Source: an uncultured Mycoplasmatota bacterium (GTDB lineage: Bacteria > Bacillota_I > Bacilli_A > RF39 > UBA660). From it: a DNA stretch of 64,000 nucleotides. The notes below the pieces were generated by a model. That model had not been told where the DNA came from. It did not search any database and saw only the letters and a program-made list of their open reading frames with translations. Each line of letters starts with the position of its first letter. The stretch's first letter is position 1. Location of the stretch: the NCBI GenBank assembly GCA_900553395.1, contig USDJ01000004.1:23038-87037 (forward strand), given 5' to 3'. The position numbers and the translations under genes are program-made. This document shows, piece by piece, positions 1 through 8,534 of the stretch.

Positions 1-1792
1 AGCTTCTAGTCATCGTTAAATTCTGATTTTGCGGATCTCTATTAAATCCAACAATCTTAGATTCATAATAGTCTTGACTACCATATATTCGCCACTTTAT
101 AGTATCTCCTATTTTATATCCATTATTACTTGCAAATTTATATGTAACATAAACGCCATCATTGCTATCTAAAGTAATATTTTTATAATTCTTATCTTGA
201 AATCTAATTAATTTTTTAGTATCAGCTACAAATGCAGTATTTGATATCCTAGTATCATCTTCAATTATTTCTATACCTAAAGTTTGACTTGTAGAATTTC
301 CATATTTTTCTTCTAGTAAATTTAAATTATCTGCGCTAATATCACTCTTTATAGTTAACTTATAATCAAAATTATATATTTTGCCGAATTGTAATTCAAT
401 AAAATAATTCATACTATTTAGCATTCCAAATGCACAAACAATTAAGGTACAACACCCAACAATTCCAACTACACCTGTTAATGTTCTAAACTTATTTCTA
501 ATTACATCTCTTAAATTCCATTTACTAGAAAATCTTAAGTTTTTAAATATGCCTTTAGTAGTAATATTTAAACTACCATTTTTTACTTTTGGCATTTCTT
601 GTCTTAAAGATTCTGCTGGGCTTAATTTTAACGACTTTCTACAAGTTAGATAAGTAACAAGAGAAACTGCAACTACTACTAGACCTGATACAATATAATT
701 TTTAAAATTTACAATTGGCACTCCATTAGGAACTTCAAAGAAAGACATTTCAAGATTTATAAATATACTACCAATAAAATATCTACCTAAAATAATTCCA
801 AATATTGCAGCTAAAAGCGAAATCCAAAATCCATAACCTACATAGTGTAAAACTATTTTGCGATCTTTAAATCCTAATGATTTAAGTGTACCTATCTCTT
901 CCTTTTGTCTTTTTATAACTCTAGTCATTGTTGTTACGACTGATAAGAGTGCTATAAAAAGGAACAATCCAGAAAATATTCCAACATATGATGCACCTTC
1001 ATCTATTTCACCTTGATACATCGTATATGATTCAGTATCTTCTATTTTAATAACAGCCTTAGCGCTAGATATATTATCTTCTATATCATTTTTTACACTA
1101 GCTACATTATTTTTACTATCTACATCTACCATAACATAATTATAAGGAATATAGTTTATGTAAGAATCACTTTCAGATACATTAAATTTACTTCTAATGT
1201 ATTCTTCTGGAATCTCTTTATATGAAAGATAAATAAATCCAAATGATGACCTATCAGGTACTAATTGAGAAGAATCTTTAGTATCATAAATATGGTCTGG
1301 AACATTAATTAATCCAAGAATCTCCTCTTCAATAATAAATGTATCATACTTTATTTTTAATTTATCACCTACATTTAAATTATTTTCTAAAGCATAAAAA
1401 TTATCTACCCAAACACCTTTTTTATCCGGATCGAATTCTTCACCTTTAACAACATAAAATTTAGAAATATCATTACTTTCAATAAAACTAATCAAATACG
1501 TTCTGTCTAAATCTGAAGCATCCAGTCCAGTTAACACTAGTTTTCTCTCTGCATTTTTTATATGCTTTAATGACTTTATTTTATTTAAATCATCCCTTGT
1601 AAATCCAGCACCTGCTATATTCAAATCTTGCAAATTATTTTCACTATAAAATTTATCTGCTGCATTTGTCATTCCATCCATATATGATTCTATACCGACA
1701 TATACCATAACACCTATTAAAATCATTAAAAATATAGTTATGAATTGAGATTTATTTTGCAATATGTCCCTTAACATTTTTCTTTTTAGCAT
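1..1792 (-). CDS. ABC transporter permease, FtsX/MacB-type (partial; 3' end runs off the left window edge)
   Basis: My own minus-strand translation from the ATG at 1792 gives MLKRKMLRDILQNKSQFITIFLMILIGVMVYVG.... The same frame is still open 1.37 kb further on (...KWNLRDVIRNKFRTLTGVVGIVGCCTLIVCAFGM..., a second FtsX-type repeat). The start lies 1 nt after the ATPase stop. It is absent from the ORF track because there is no stop inside the window. Confidence 0.75.
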   Translation of the reverse strand, partial: MLKRKMLRDILQNKSQFITIFLMILIGVMVYVGIESYMDGMTNAADKFYSENNLQDLNIAGAGFTRDDLNKIKSLKHIKNAERKLVLTGLDASDLDRTYLISFIESNDISKFYVVKGEEFDPDKKGVWVDNFYALENNLNVGDKLKIKYDTFIIEEEILGLINVPDHIYDTKDSSQLVPDRSSFGFIYLSYKEIPEEYIRSKFNVSESDSYINYIPYNYVMVDVDSKNNVASVKNDIEDNISSAKAVIKIEDTESYTMYQGEIDEGASYVGIFSGLFLFIALLSVVTTMTRVIKRQKEEIGTLKSLGFKDRKIVLHYVGYGFWISLLAAIFGIILGRYFIGSIFINLEMSFFEVPNGVPIVNFKNYIVSGLVVVAVSLVTYLTCRKSLKLSPAESLRQEMPKVKNGSLNITTKGIFKNLRFSSKWNLRDVIRNKFRTLTGVVGIVGCCTLIVCAFGMLNSMNYFIELQFGKIYNFDYKLTIKSDISADNLNLLEEKYGNSTSQTLGIEIIEDDTRISNTAFVADTKKLIRFQDKNYKNITLDSNDGVYVTYKFASNNGYKIGDTIKWRIYGSQDYYESKIVGFNRDPQNQNLTMTRS

Positions 1793-1793
1793 A

Positions 1794-2504
1794 TTACCAC
1801 TCAACCTCATCTATTGTTTTAGGATTTTCATTTACTTCATTGCTCTCAACCTTACCATTTTTTAGCCTTATTACCCTATCTGCTATTAGAGCGATTAATG
1901 AATTATGAGTAACAACTACTACTGTGTTCTGCCCGTTATTGGCATCACACTGATTCTTTAATAATCTAAGTACTTCTTTTCCTGTTTTTGAATCAAGAGC
2001 TCCTGTTGGCTCATCACATAAAAGTAAAAGTGGATTTTTAGCTACTGCACGAGCTATAGAAACTCTCTGTTGTTCACCACCAGATAATTGATTTGGAAAT
2101 TTATTTATATGATTCTCAAGACCTACACTCTTTAATACTTCTTTAGCGCTATTTGCATTTTTTACTATATCATTTACAATTTGTACATTTTCAAGAACTG
2201 TAAGGGTTGGTAATATATTATAAAATTGAAATATAAATCCAACATTATTTGCTCTATACTTTGTAAGAAGTTTATCATTATAATCAGAAATCACTTCGTT
2301 ACCCACCTTAATTTTACCACTGGTTACTTTATCCATTCCACCAAGTAAATTTAAAAGGGTAGATTTTCCAGCACCACTAGGTCCCAATATAACTACAAAT
2401 TCTCCTTTATTGATATTAAAGCTAACTCCGTCCAAGGCATTAAACTTTTTCTCACCCATATAGTAAGTTTTCTTTACGTTTTTAAAACTAATTAATTCTT
2501 CCAT
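1794..2504 (-). CDS. ABC transporter ATP-binding protein (MacB/LolD-like)
   Basis: Walker [13 protein letters not shown] signature LSGGEQQR, Walker B LLLCDEPT and H-loop VTHN. It is followed directly by the FtsX-type permease. Confidence 0.9.
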   Translation of the reverse strand: MEELISFKNVKKTYYMGEKKFNALDGVSFNINKGEFVVILGPSGAGKSTLLNLLGGMDKVTSGKIKVGNEVISDYNDKLLTKYRANNVGFIFQFYNILPTLTVLENVQIVNDIVKNANSAKEVLKSVGLENHINKFPNQLSGGEQQRVSIARAVAKNPLLLLCDEPTGALDSKTGKEVLRLLKNQCDANNGQNTVVVVTHNSLIALIADRVIRLKNGKVESNEVNENPKTIDEVEW

Positions 2505-2520
2505 AACTCATCTTCTTTCT

Positions 2521-2546
2521 AAAATGTGATATTTATTTCACATTAT
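2521..2546. promoter_or_regulatory. Putative TetR operator O1 (palindrome)
   Basis: AATGTGA (2523-2529) and TCACATT (2538-2544) are exact reverse complements separated by 8 nt. The site sits immediately downstream of the -10 of the ABC-operon promoter. Confidence 0.5.
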
Positions 2547-2547
2547 A

Positions 2548-2576
2548 ATTATATACATTGCTCAGCTATTAGTCAA
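2548..2576 (-). promoter_or_regulatory. Sigma-A type promoter of the ABC exporter operon
   Basis: Minus strand reads TTGACT (2571-2576), 17 nt spacer, TATAAT (2548-2553). Confidence 0.55.
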
Positions 2577-2578
2577 CA

Positions 2579-2604
2579 AAAATATGATATTCTTATCACA
2601 TTTT
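2579..2604. promoter_or_regulatory. Putative TetR operator O2 (imperfect palindrome)
   Basis: AATATGATA-TTCT-TATCACATT. The arm ATCACATTTT (2595-2604) is the exact reverse complement of 2521-2530. The site abuts the -35 of the tetR-family gene promoter. Confidence 0.45.
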
Positions 2605-2605
2605 A

Positions 2606-2634
2606 TTGAATTATTAATTTAAAAGTTGTATAAT
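2606..2634 (+). promoter_or_regulatory. Sigma-A type promoter of the TetR-family gene
   Basis: TTGAAT (2606-2611), 17 nt spacer, TG-extended TATAAT (2629-2634). This places the transcription start near 2641, so the GTG at 2639 in the track is unlikely to be the real start. Confidence 0.55.
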
Positions 2635-2650
2635 TTTAGTGGTGAGAGTT

Positions 2651-3253
2651 ATGAGTGAAACAAGAATTCCAAGCCAAAAGCGTTCTATAAAAACAAGAAA
2701 TAAAATAATAGAAAAAGGATTTATATTGATTTGCAAAAACGGATACTATAACACTAATACAAGTGATATAGCTAAATTTGCTAATGTATCTACTGGAATA
2801 ATATATCAATATTTTAATGATAAAAAAGAGATATTTATAGAAGGAATTAAAAACTATTCTGAAGGTATAATGTTTCCAATATTAGACATATTAAAAAATA
2901 ATAATTTAGATTTTGACAATCTAGAAAATCTTTTAGATAAATTACTCACTGTATTTATTAAAACACATACATTATCAAAAAAAGAGCATGAGGAAATGAT
3001 AGCTCTTTCACATATGGATGATGAAATACAAAAAATATTTAATAATAAAGAAATTGAAACTACAAAAATTATTGCAGATGCATTATCAAGTCATGGATTT
3101 AGTTCAAAATGCTTATTTGAAAAAGTGCATATTATAATAGGAATAGTAGAAAACTATTGTCACGAAGTAGTCTACCATAAACACGAGCTAATTAATTATG
3201 ATATAATGAAGCAAGAAGTAATAAAAATAATAACCCAAATATTAAAAAAATGA
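2651..3253 (+). CDS. TetR/AcrR-family transcriptional regulator
   Basis: N-terminal HTH (GYYNTNTSDIAKFANVSTGIIYQYFNDKKEIF) is typical of TetR_N. The ATG at 2651 is preceded by GGTGAG. The gene is divergent from the ABC exporter operon. Confidence 0.85.
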   Translation: MSETRIPSQKRSIKTRNKIIEKGFILICKNGYYNTNTSDIAKFANVSTGIIYQYFNDKKEIFIEGIKNYSEGIMFPILDILKNNNLDFDNLENLLDKLLTVFIKTHTLSKKEHEEMIALSHMDDEIQKIFNNKEIETTKIIADALSSHGFSSKCLFEKVHIIIGIVENYCHEVVYHKHELINYDIMKQEVIKIITQILKK

Positions 3254-3280
3254 AAGAAAAGGTATTTCTTTCATTTTTTT
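3252..3280 (+). terminator. Intrinsic terminator after the TetR gene
   Basis: Stem GAAAGAAA/TTTCTTTC with loop AGGTA, followed by a T7 run. Confidence 0.6.
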
Positions 3281-3363
3281 GTTAATCTATAAATACTAAA
3301 CAATAGTTTTAGTTATAAGAGCAATAATCAAAAATCTCAAATATTAATATATAATATATTTTA

Positions 3364-4473
3364 TTATTTATTTCGATTACGCATTTGATATTGCTTAACT
3401 TTTTGAAAAGCTTCTACTCTACCATCTAAAAGAGATCTTATTGAATTTCCTTTATTCAAATTATCAACTACTCTAGCAACTCTTGAGGAACAGTCAACAT
3501 CACTATACCATTCTTTTAACTTATATTCCTCTGGAACATAACTAAGATTTGTAGCATATACTCTGTCAAAAACGCCTTCTTCAAAAGCTTCATCAAATTC
3601 ATCAACACCCTTTGTAAATAATGCATATGTAACCATTAAATATATGTGATTAGCTCCTTTTTCTTTTATTTTTCTTGCAGAATCTATCAAAGAAGTACCT
3701 GATGAAATCATATCATCTATTATAATTACATCTTTTCCTTTTAAATCACTAGGACCCACAAATTCATGATAAGTAATAGGATTACTGCCATCTTTCATTT
3801 CATCATAATTACGGCGCTTGTCAAAGTTTCCGTATCCAATTCCGCCCAATATATCAGCCAAGAATTTAGCTTTACCACGAGCACCTTCATCAGGACTTAT
3901 AATAAATAGTTTATCTATATCTAAATGTTCAGTGTCTAATATTTTTAAAATTATATCACTCGTAGCGTAACCATTACTAAAAGTCATTCTACTAGGTATT
4001 GCATTTGCTACTGAAGGATTATGTGCATCAAATGTTATTATTTCACTTATGCCATATCTCTCTAGATTTTGTAAGGCTACTGCGCAATCTAAAGATTCTC
4101 TCTTTGTTCTCTTATCTTGTCTTCCTTGATATAAATACGGCATTATTAATGTAACTTTTTTAGCATGACCATCCATTGCACTAATAATTCTTACGATATC
4201 CTGATAATGCTCATCTGGCATAACATGATGCGTGTATCCTCTTTGAATTTTATAAGTTATATCATAGTTTCCAACATCAGTAAGTATATATACATCTTGT
4301 TCCCTTACAGATTCACCAAGTACACACTTACCTTCTCCGTTACCAAATCTGATAAACTCTGCAGTTGCTATATAATTTTCATTTGTGTCTCTAATCACAT
4401 TAATGTGATTATTTACTCTTCTTCCAAATTCTTTAAAATTTGGAGGAACAATTAATTTTAAGTTTTTACTCAT
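3364..4473 (-). CDS. prs: Ribose-phosphate pyrophosphokinase (long, 369-aa variant)
   Basis: PRPP-binding loop VIIIDDMISSGTSL, the MPYLYQGRQDKR (ARQDR-like) motif and FDAHNP. An RBS AGGGGG precedes the ATG. Confidence 0.8.
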   Translation of the reverse strand: MSKNLKLIVPPNFKEFGRRVNNHINVIRDTNENYIATAEFIRFGNGEGKCVLGESVREQDVYILTDVGNYDITYKIQRGYTHHVMPDEHYQDIVRIISAMDGHAKKVTLIMPYLYQGRQDKRTKRESLDCAVALQNLERYGISEIITFDAHNPSVANAIPSRMTFSNGYATSDIILKILDTEHLDIDKLFIISPDEGARGKAKFLADILGGIGYGNFDKRRNYDEMKDGSNPITYHEFVGPSDLKGKDVIIIDDMISSGTSLIDSARKIKEKGANHIYLMVTYALFTKGVDEFDEAFEEGVFDRVYATNLSYVPEEYKLKEWYSDVDCSSRVARVVDNLNKGNSIRSLLDGRVEAFQKVKQYQMRNRNK

Positions 4474-4495
4474 GACTACCCCCTAAATTATCTAT

Positions 4496-4524
4496 ATATT
4501 AATACTATTTATATAAATTGTCAA
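4496..4524 (-). promoter_or_regulatory. Sigma-A type promoter of prs
   Basis: Minus strand reads TTGACA (4519-4524), 17 nt spacer, TAATAT (4496-4501). Confidence 0.55.
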
Positions 4525-4529
4525 CAAAA

Positions 4530-4742
4530 TTAATCAATTAGTTTCATATAAATATCTTTTAGTTGTTCTTCTGATATATTTAAATCTCTTAAAATCGCAT
4601 AAGAAGTAGAAATGTCCATTTTAAAAAAACAATCAGGATCACTTAAAATTTTTTTAATTAGATTTTGCCTTTTTAATTCTAACTCGTTATTCTTATTAAG
4701 CTCTATCAATTTAAGATTTATCTTTCTCAAATTTTCAATCAT
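4530..4742 (-). CDS. Hypothetical 70-aa helical protein
   Basis: Its ATG overlaps the stop of the 576-aa ORF (ATGA), which suggests translational coupling. I recognise no family. Confidence 0.5.
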   Translation of the reverse strand: MIENLRKINLKLIELNKNNELELKRQNLIKKILSDPDCFFKMDISTSYAILRDLNISEEQLKDIYMKLID

Positions 4743-6469
4743 AGTACAGCTCCTTTTTCTATATGTATTCCCGGTATACTGTGAAACTCATTATCATCAT
4801 CATCTGATTTTATATATTCTAATTCACCACTTTTAAATTTTTCTTTTAATTCACTTAAAGTTACGTGGTTTAATCTATGATCTAATCCATATACAAAATA
4901 AATATTTGTATCTTCATACGCATTAACATTTCTTTTATTTATAGTTATTACCGTACTTATAGTTGCTACTCTATCAGGCAAAGTATGTGCATTATCTCTT
5001 AATATACAAATATTTATATTACTAAGACACTCGTATTTATCAAATAAAGCATTTCTAAGTCGTATCATATAAGATAATTCATCCAAACCAGTTAATTTTT
5101 TAGAATTTGCCTTTTCTACTAAAATCAAAAGACGTTCTTCTAAACTAACGCTAGATAAATTCTGTGTTAATTTTGAATATTCAGCTATTAAATCATCTAA
5201 ACTCTCAGGCTGTATTTCTAATTTCTTTCCTGATTCTTGTATAGTAAGAACTTTATATACTTCTAATAAAATAGTTTCAAATTCTTCTTTAGTTTTTTTG
5301 TTTCTATTAAAGCACTCAATTCCATTTAGTACATCGTTTAATTTAGCAGATAATAAATCACCATTTAATATTGAAGTCACTGCATCAGCACTTATCAAAA
5401 ATTTGCCACACCTAAACTCTAAACTTGAATGACCATCTCCATAAGTCTTATTTTCACTAATAATTTTATAATTAATTCCTAAATACTCAAGCATTTTTGC
5501 ATAAATCAAATTGAACTCATAGCAAACTACTTCATTGGTTTTAGGCGTAATTTGAGTAATGTATCCTACATTTTTATGCTTTAAAGTAGCATCACCAATC
5601 TGAGCCACAGCAAAATATTCTGTATTATAAGTTAAAAGTTTACACATTTTTATATAAATATAAATTGCTTTTTGCAAATCACTAAAATCACGAGGCATAT
5701 TAGATAAAATTGCATCTTTTAATTCATCACTTACTACCGCAGATTCAGCAATTGGATCGCTAGGCATTACAAACTTATTAATAGCTTCTATATCTATAAA
5801 TTTAGAAAAAATGATATCACGATATCTTGACTTAAAAGAAAAAGCTAATTCATACTTTTTAGAATCTGTGGTGCAGCTAAAATATTTAGCAACCGCATAT
5901 ATAAAATGCTCTTTTTTCATGCCATGCAATTCCTTTATTCGGGGATTTTCACATAATTCTATAAAATCATTTTCTGATAAATTCATAAAAGAGATAATAT
6001 CAGAAATAGAGATACAACATTCATTTCCATCTATATAAAGTTTAAATAATTTATTTTTACTATTTTCTACATATGAATCATAGCCTGTTAAGCGCTCCAA
6101 AAATCTAAATGTTTCTTCCTCTGCTTTTGATAAGCTCAATTCACCAGTTTGAATTAATTTACTTATTCCATGCACTATTTGAATTCTATTTAGTTTAATA
6201 GGATTATGTAGCTTGCCCCTTTGAATAGAACCTATGAATAATTCAGGTGAGCTGCCCAAAAACAACTTTTTTACGTGCTTTAAATATTTAGGACTTATTA
6301 TTAATTTTCTTAATAGTTCTTTACTAAATAAAGCACCATCTACTTGGATTGTCTCGCTTAATAAATTTTCACAATGCTCAGTCTCTGATAAAAATATTGT
6401 ATTATCAAAATTTTTTTCAAGATGCGGATACTTTTTTAATAATGCTTCGCTCACTTTTATAATTGCCAC
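4739..6469 (-). CDS. Cytoplasmic transglutaminase-like (papain-fold) domain protein, 576 aa
   Basis: GTG start preceded by AAGGTGA. The central segment DLQKAIYIYIKMCKLLTYNTEYF...NEVVCYEFNLIYAKMLEYLGINYKII...GDGHSSLEFRCGKFLISADAV follows the Cys/His/Asp order of the transglutaminase core. There is no signal peptide or TM segment. Confidence 0.6.
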   Translation of the reverse strand: MAIIKVSEALLKKYPHLEKNFDNTIFLSETEHCENLLSETIQVDGALFSKELLRKLIISPKYLKHVKKLFLGSSPELFIGSIQRGKLHNPIKLNRIQIVHGISKLIQTGELSLSKAEEETFRFLERLTGYDSYVENSKNKLFKLYIDGNECCISISDIISFMNLSENDFIELCENPRIKELHGMKKEHFIYAVAKYFSCTTDSKKYELAFSFKSRYRDIIFSKFIDIEAINKFVMPSDPIAESAVVSDELKDAILSNMPRDFSDLQKAIYIYIKMCKLLTYNTEYFAVAQIGDATLKHKNVGYITQITPKTNEVVCYEFNLIYAKMLEYLGINYKIISENKTYGDGHSSLEFRCGKFLISADAVTSILNGDLLSAKLNDVLNGIECFNRNKKTKEEFETILLEVYKVLTIQESGKKLEIQPESLDDLIAEYSKLTQNLSSVSLEERLLILVEKANSKKLTGLDELSYMIRLRNALFDKYECLSNINICILRDNAHTLPDRVATISTVITINKRNVNAYEDTNIYFVYGLDHRLNHVTLSELKEKFKSGELEYIKSDDDDNEFHSIPGIHIEKGAVL

Positions 6470-6528
6470 AACATCACCTTTATCACTTTATGTATTTATT
6501 ATAACATATATCATTCATTTTTATAAAC

Positions 6529-6556
6529 AAAAAAACTGTACAATTTAATATACAGT
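6529..6556 (-). terminator. Intrinsic terminator after the ackA + 216-aa ORF unit
   Basis: Minus strand: stem ACTGTA/TACAGT with a 10-nt loop, followed by T7. It lies 5 nt after the stop at 6561. A TATAAT (6498-6503, minus) then follows for the next unit. Confidence 0.6.
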
Positions 6557-6560
6557 CATT

Positions 6561-7211
6561 TTACTTTTTAACTAATACCGGCATTTTAGATAGTTGTTCG
6601 ACATCTAAAGAAGTATTTGATTCATCTGACATTTCTCTAAGTGGTATTGGGACTTTTCTTCCTTGCAAATATGAAGCTACTTGTATCAAGCTATTATATT
6701 TCTCAACGGCTTTTGATAAGTCAAAATCTCTTTTTGTAACTAAATTTCTTATATATTTCAATAATCTTATATCAATAGTTCTAAAGTCTTTAGGTGATAT
6801 AATAGATTCACATATAAATTCATTTCCATAATTTTGACCATTTCTAAATGCCATAATGTTATCTGATATCAATATGTCTGCACAATTAGGGTTAAATGGA
6901 TCATATTCAATTTCATCTCTATATAAATCAGTCAATCCAACTTTTGATAATGAAATACCATCATGTCCATTAACATGTGAGGTAATGTCACCTACTAGCT
7001 TTAACACTTCTTCAGAATAACTAACAATTCCAAGTCTCATTAATTCTCTTTGAGAAAGCAATCCATACTTTAAGGCTGATAGCAATTTAGAATATTGCGT
7101 ATTATGGTGATATAAAGAGTTTTCAACACTTATAGGATGCCTCTTTAATCCTTCAATTTGCTCAACTATATAGTCAGCTATGTATTGTTCTTCAATACAG
7201 ATTTTTTCCAT
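6561..7211 (-). CDS. Hypothetical 216-aa protein with possible ADP-ribosyltransferase (PARP/DarT-like) motifs
   Basis: The ATG lies 1 nt after the ackA stop (TAG-C-ATG), with AAGGA inside the ackA 3' end. Motifs present are SLYHHNTQYSKLLSALKYGLLSQ, NGHDGISLSKVG and YGNEFICESIISPKDF. The CDS call is solid. The functional call is tentative. Confidence 0.6.
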   Translation of the reverse strand: MEKICIEEQYIADYIVEQIEGLKRHPISVENSLYHHNTQYSKLLSALKYGLLSQRELMRLGIVSYSEEVLKLVGDITSHVNGHDGISLSKVGLTDLYRDEIEYDPFNPNCADILISDNIMAFRNGQNYGNEFICESIISPKDFRTIDIRLLKYIRNLVTKRDFDLSKAVEKYNSLIQVASYLQGRKVPIPLREMSDESNTSLDVEQLSKMPVLVKK

Positions 7212-7212
7212 G

Positions 7213-8451
7213 CTATACTTTTTCCTTTACTTTAGTTTTTTCTTTTTTATTACTTAATCTAATAGTATCTTCAAGTATCATAAGTTCTTCATCTGTAGGA
7301 ATAACTAATATTGGAAATCTTGAACCGGGCATTGATATAATACCTTCTTGTTGAGTACCACGCTTTGATATATTATTATTGCTATCTGAATCTAAGCTAA
7401 CACCAGCAACTTTAGAAATACCATTTACTACTTCTTTTCTCATGTTTATACCATTTTCACCCATTCCCGCTGTGAAAACTATAGCATCGACATTTCCTTC
7501 CAATTCAAAATAGTATTGAGCTACAAACTTAATAATAGAACTCATCAACATTTTATATGCTAATTTCGCATCTTCACTACCATGAGAAACTAATTTTTCT
7601 AAATCTCTGAAATCATTTTTACCACAAATTCCAAGTAAACCACTTTGTTTATTTAGAATGGTTGTAACTTCACTAACTGACATATTTGTCTCATTGCATA
7701 TGTATTCAATAATTGATGGATCAATTGAACCAGAACGAGTTCCCATAATCAATCCATCTAATGGTGTAAGCCCCATTGTAGTATCATAACAAATACCATT
7801 TTTTACACAAGAGATACTAGCACCAGAACCTATATGACATACTATTAGATTTACATCATCTTTATTTAACATCTCTTTCATTTTCTGAGTTATGTATTTA
7901 TGGCTTGTTCCATGAAAGCCATATTTTCTCACGCCATACTTTGTATACCATTCTTTTGGTACTGCATATCTATAATTATAATCTGGAACTGTTTGATGAA
8001 ATGCAGTATCGAAAACTGCTACTTGTGGTACTCCAGGCAAATAAGTTTTCATACCAACAATTCCTGCTATTTCACCCGGATGATGTAGTGGTCCAAGCTT
8101 AGTAAGAGCTTTAATATCATTTAAAACTGCATCATCTATTTCAACAGATTCAGAATATATTTCTCCACCGTGAAGAATTCTATGGCCAACTCCCTTTATT
8201 TCACTAATATCATCTATAAAATGATTATTTAATAGCTCATCCATCATTACCTTAATAGCAGCAGAATGATTACCAACATCACACTTTTTTTCTGACTTTG
8301 TAGAACCATATTTTAGTATGCAGCAACTGTCTCCTTCTCCAATTTTTTCTACTAACCCATTAACGATTTGAACATATCCTGGCATTTCATACAATGTAAA
8401 TTTCAAAGAAGAACTACCAGCATTTATAACCAAATATTTTTCATTAGACAT
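7213..8451 (-). CDS. ackA: Acetate kinase
   Basis: N-terminus VINAGSSSLKF, then GHRILHGG, FDTAFHQT, FHGTSH and IVCHIGSGASI. The length (412 aa) is typical. Confidence 0.95.
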   Translation of the reverse strand: MSNEKYLVINAGSSSLKFTLYEMPGYVQIVNGLVEKIGEGDSCCILKYGSTKSEKKCDVGNHSAAIKVMMDELLNNHFIDDISEIKGVGHRILHGGEIYSESVEIDDAVLNDIKALTKLGPLHHPGEIAGIVGMKTYLPGVPQVAVFDTAFHQTVPDYNYRYAVPKEWYTKYGVRKYGFHGTSHKYITQKMKEMLNKDDVNLIVCHIGSGASISCVKNGICYDTTMGLTPLDGLIMGTRSGSIDPSIIEYICNETNMSVSEVTTILNKQSGLLGICGKNDFRDLEKLVSHGSEDAKLAYKMLMSSIIKFVAQYYFELEGNVDAIVFTAGMGENGINMRKEVVNGISKVAGVSLDSDSNNNISKRGTQQEGIISMPGSRFPILVIPTDEELMILEDTIRLSNKKEKTKVKEKV

Positions 8452-8476
8452 AAGATACCTCCAATAATTAAGTCAT

Positions 8477-8505
8477 ATAATAACACACAAAAAATTTAAT
8501 GTCAA
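8477..8505 (-). promoter_or_regulatory. Sigma-A type promoter of ackA
   Basis: Minus strand reads TTGACA (8500-8505), 17 nt spacer, TATTAT (8477-8482). Confidence 0.55.
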
Positions 8506-8534
8506 ATTAAAAAGCTCAAATAAAAATTTGAGCT
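8506..8534 (-). terminator. Intrinsic terminator after the ThyX-like gene
   Basis: Stem AGCTCAAA/TTTGAGCT (8513-8520 / 8527-8534) overlaps the stop codon. A T-rich tail on the minus strand runs into the ackA -35. Confidence 0.55.

Noticed and set aside
2639-2650. GTG start for the TetR gene, as given in the ORF track.
   Set aside because: It lies at or upstream of the predicted transcription start (the -10 ends at 2634). The ATG at 2651 has a GGTGAG SD.
4165-4455. Plus-strand ORFs inside prs, the 576-aa gene, ackA, the ThyX-like gene, ileS, dnaE and others (for example 4165-4455, 5811-6038, 7900-8102, 8877-9122, 37714-38028, 42066-42266).
   Set aside because: All are antisense to genes with clear family motifs. 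They have no ribosome-binding sites and are shadow ORFs.
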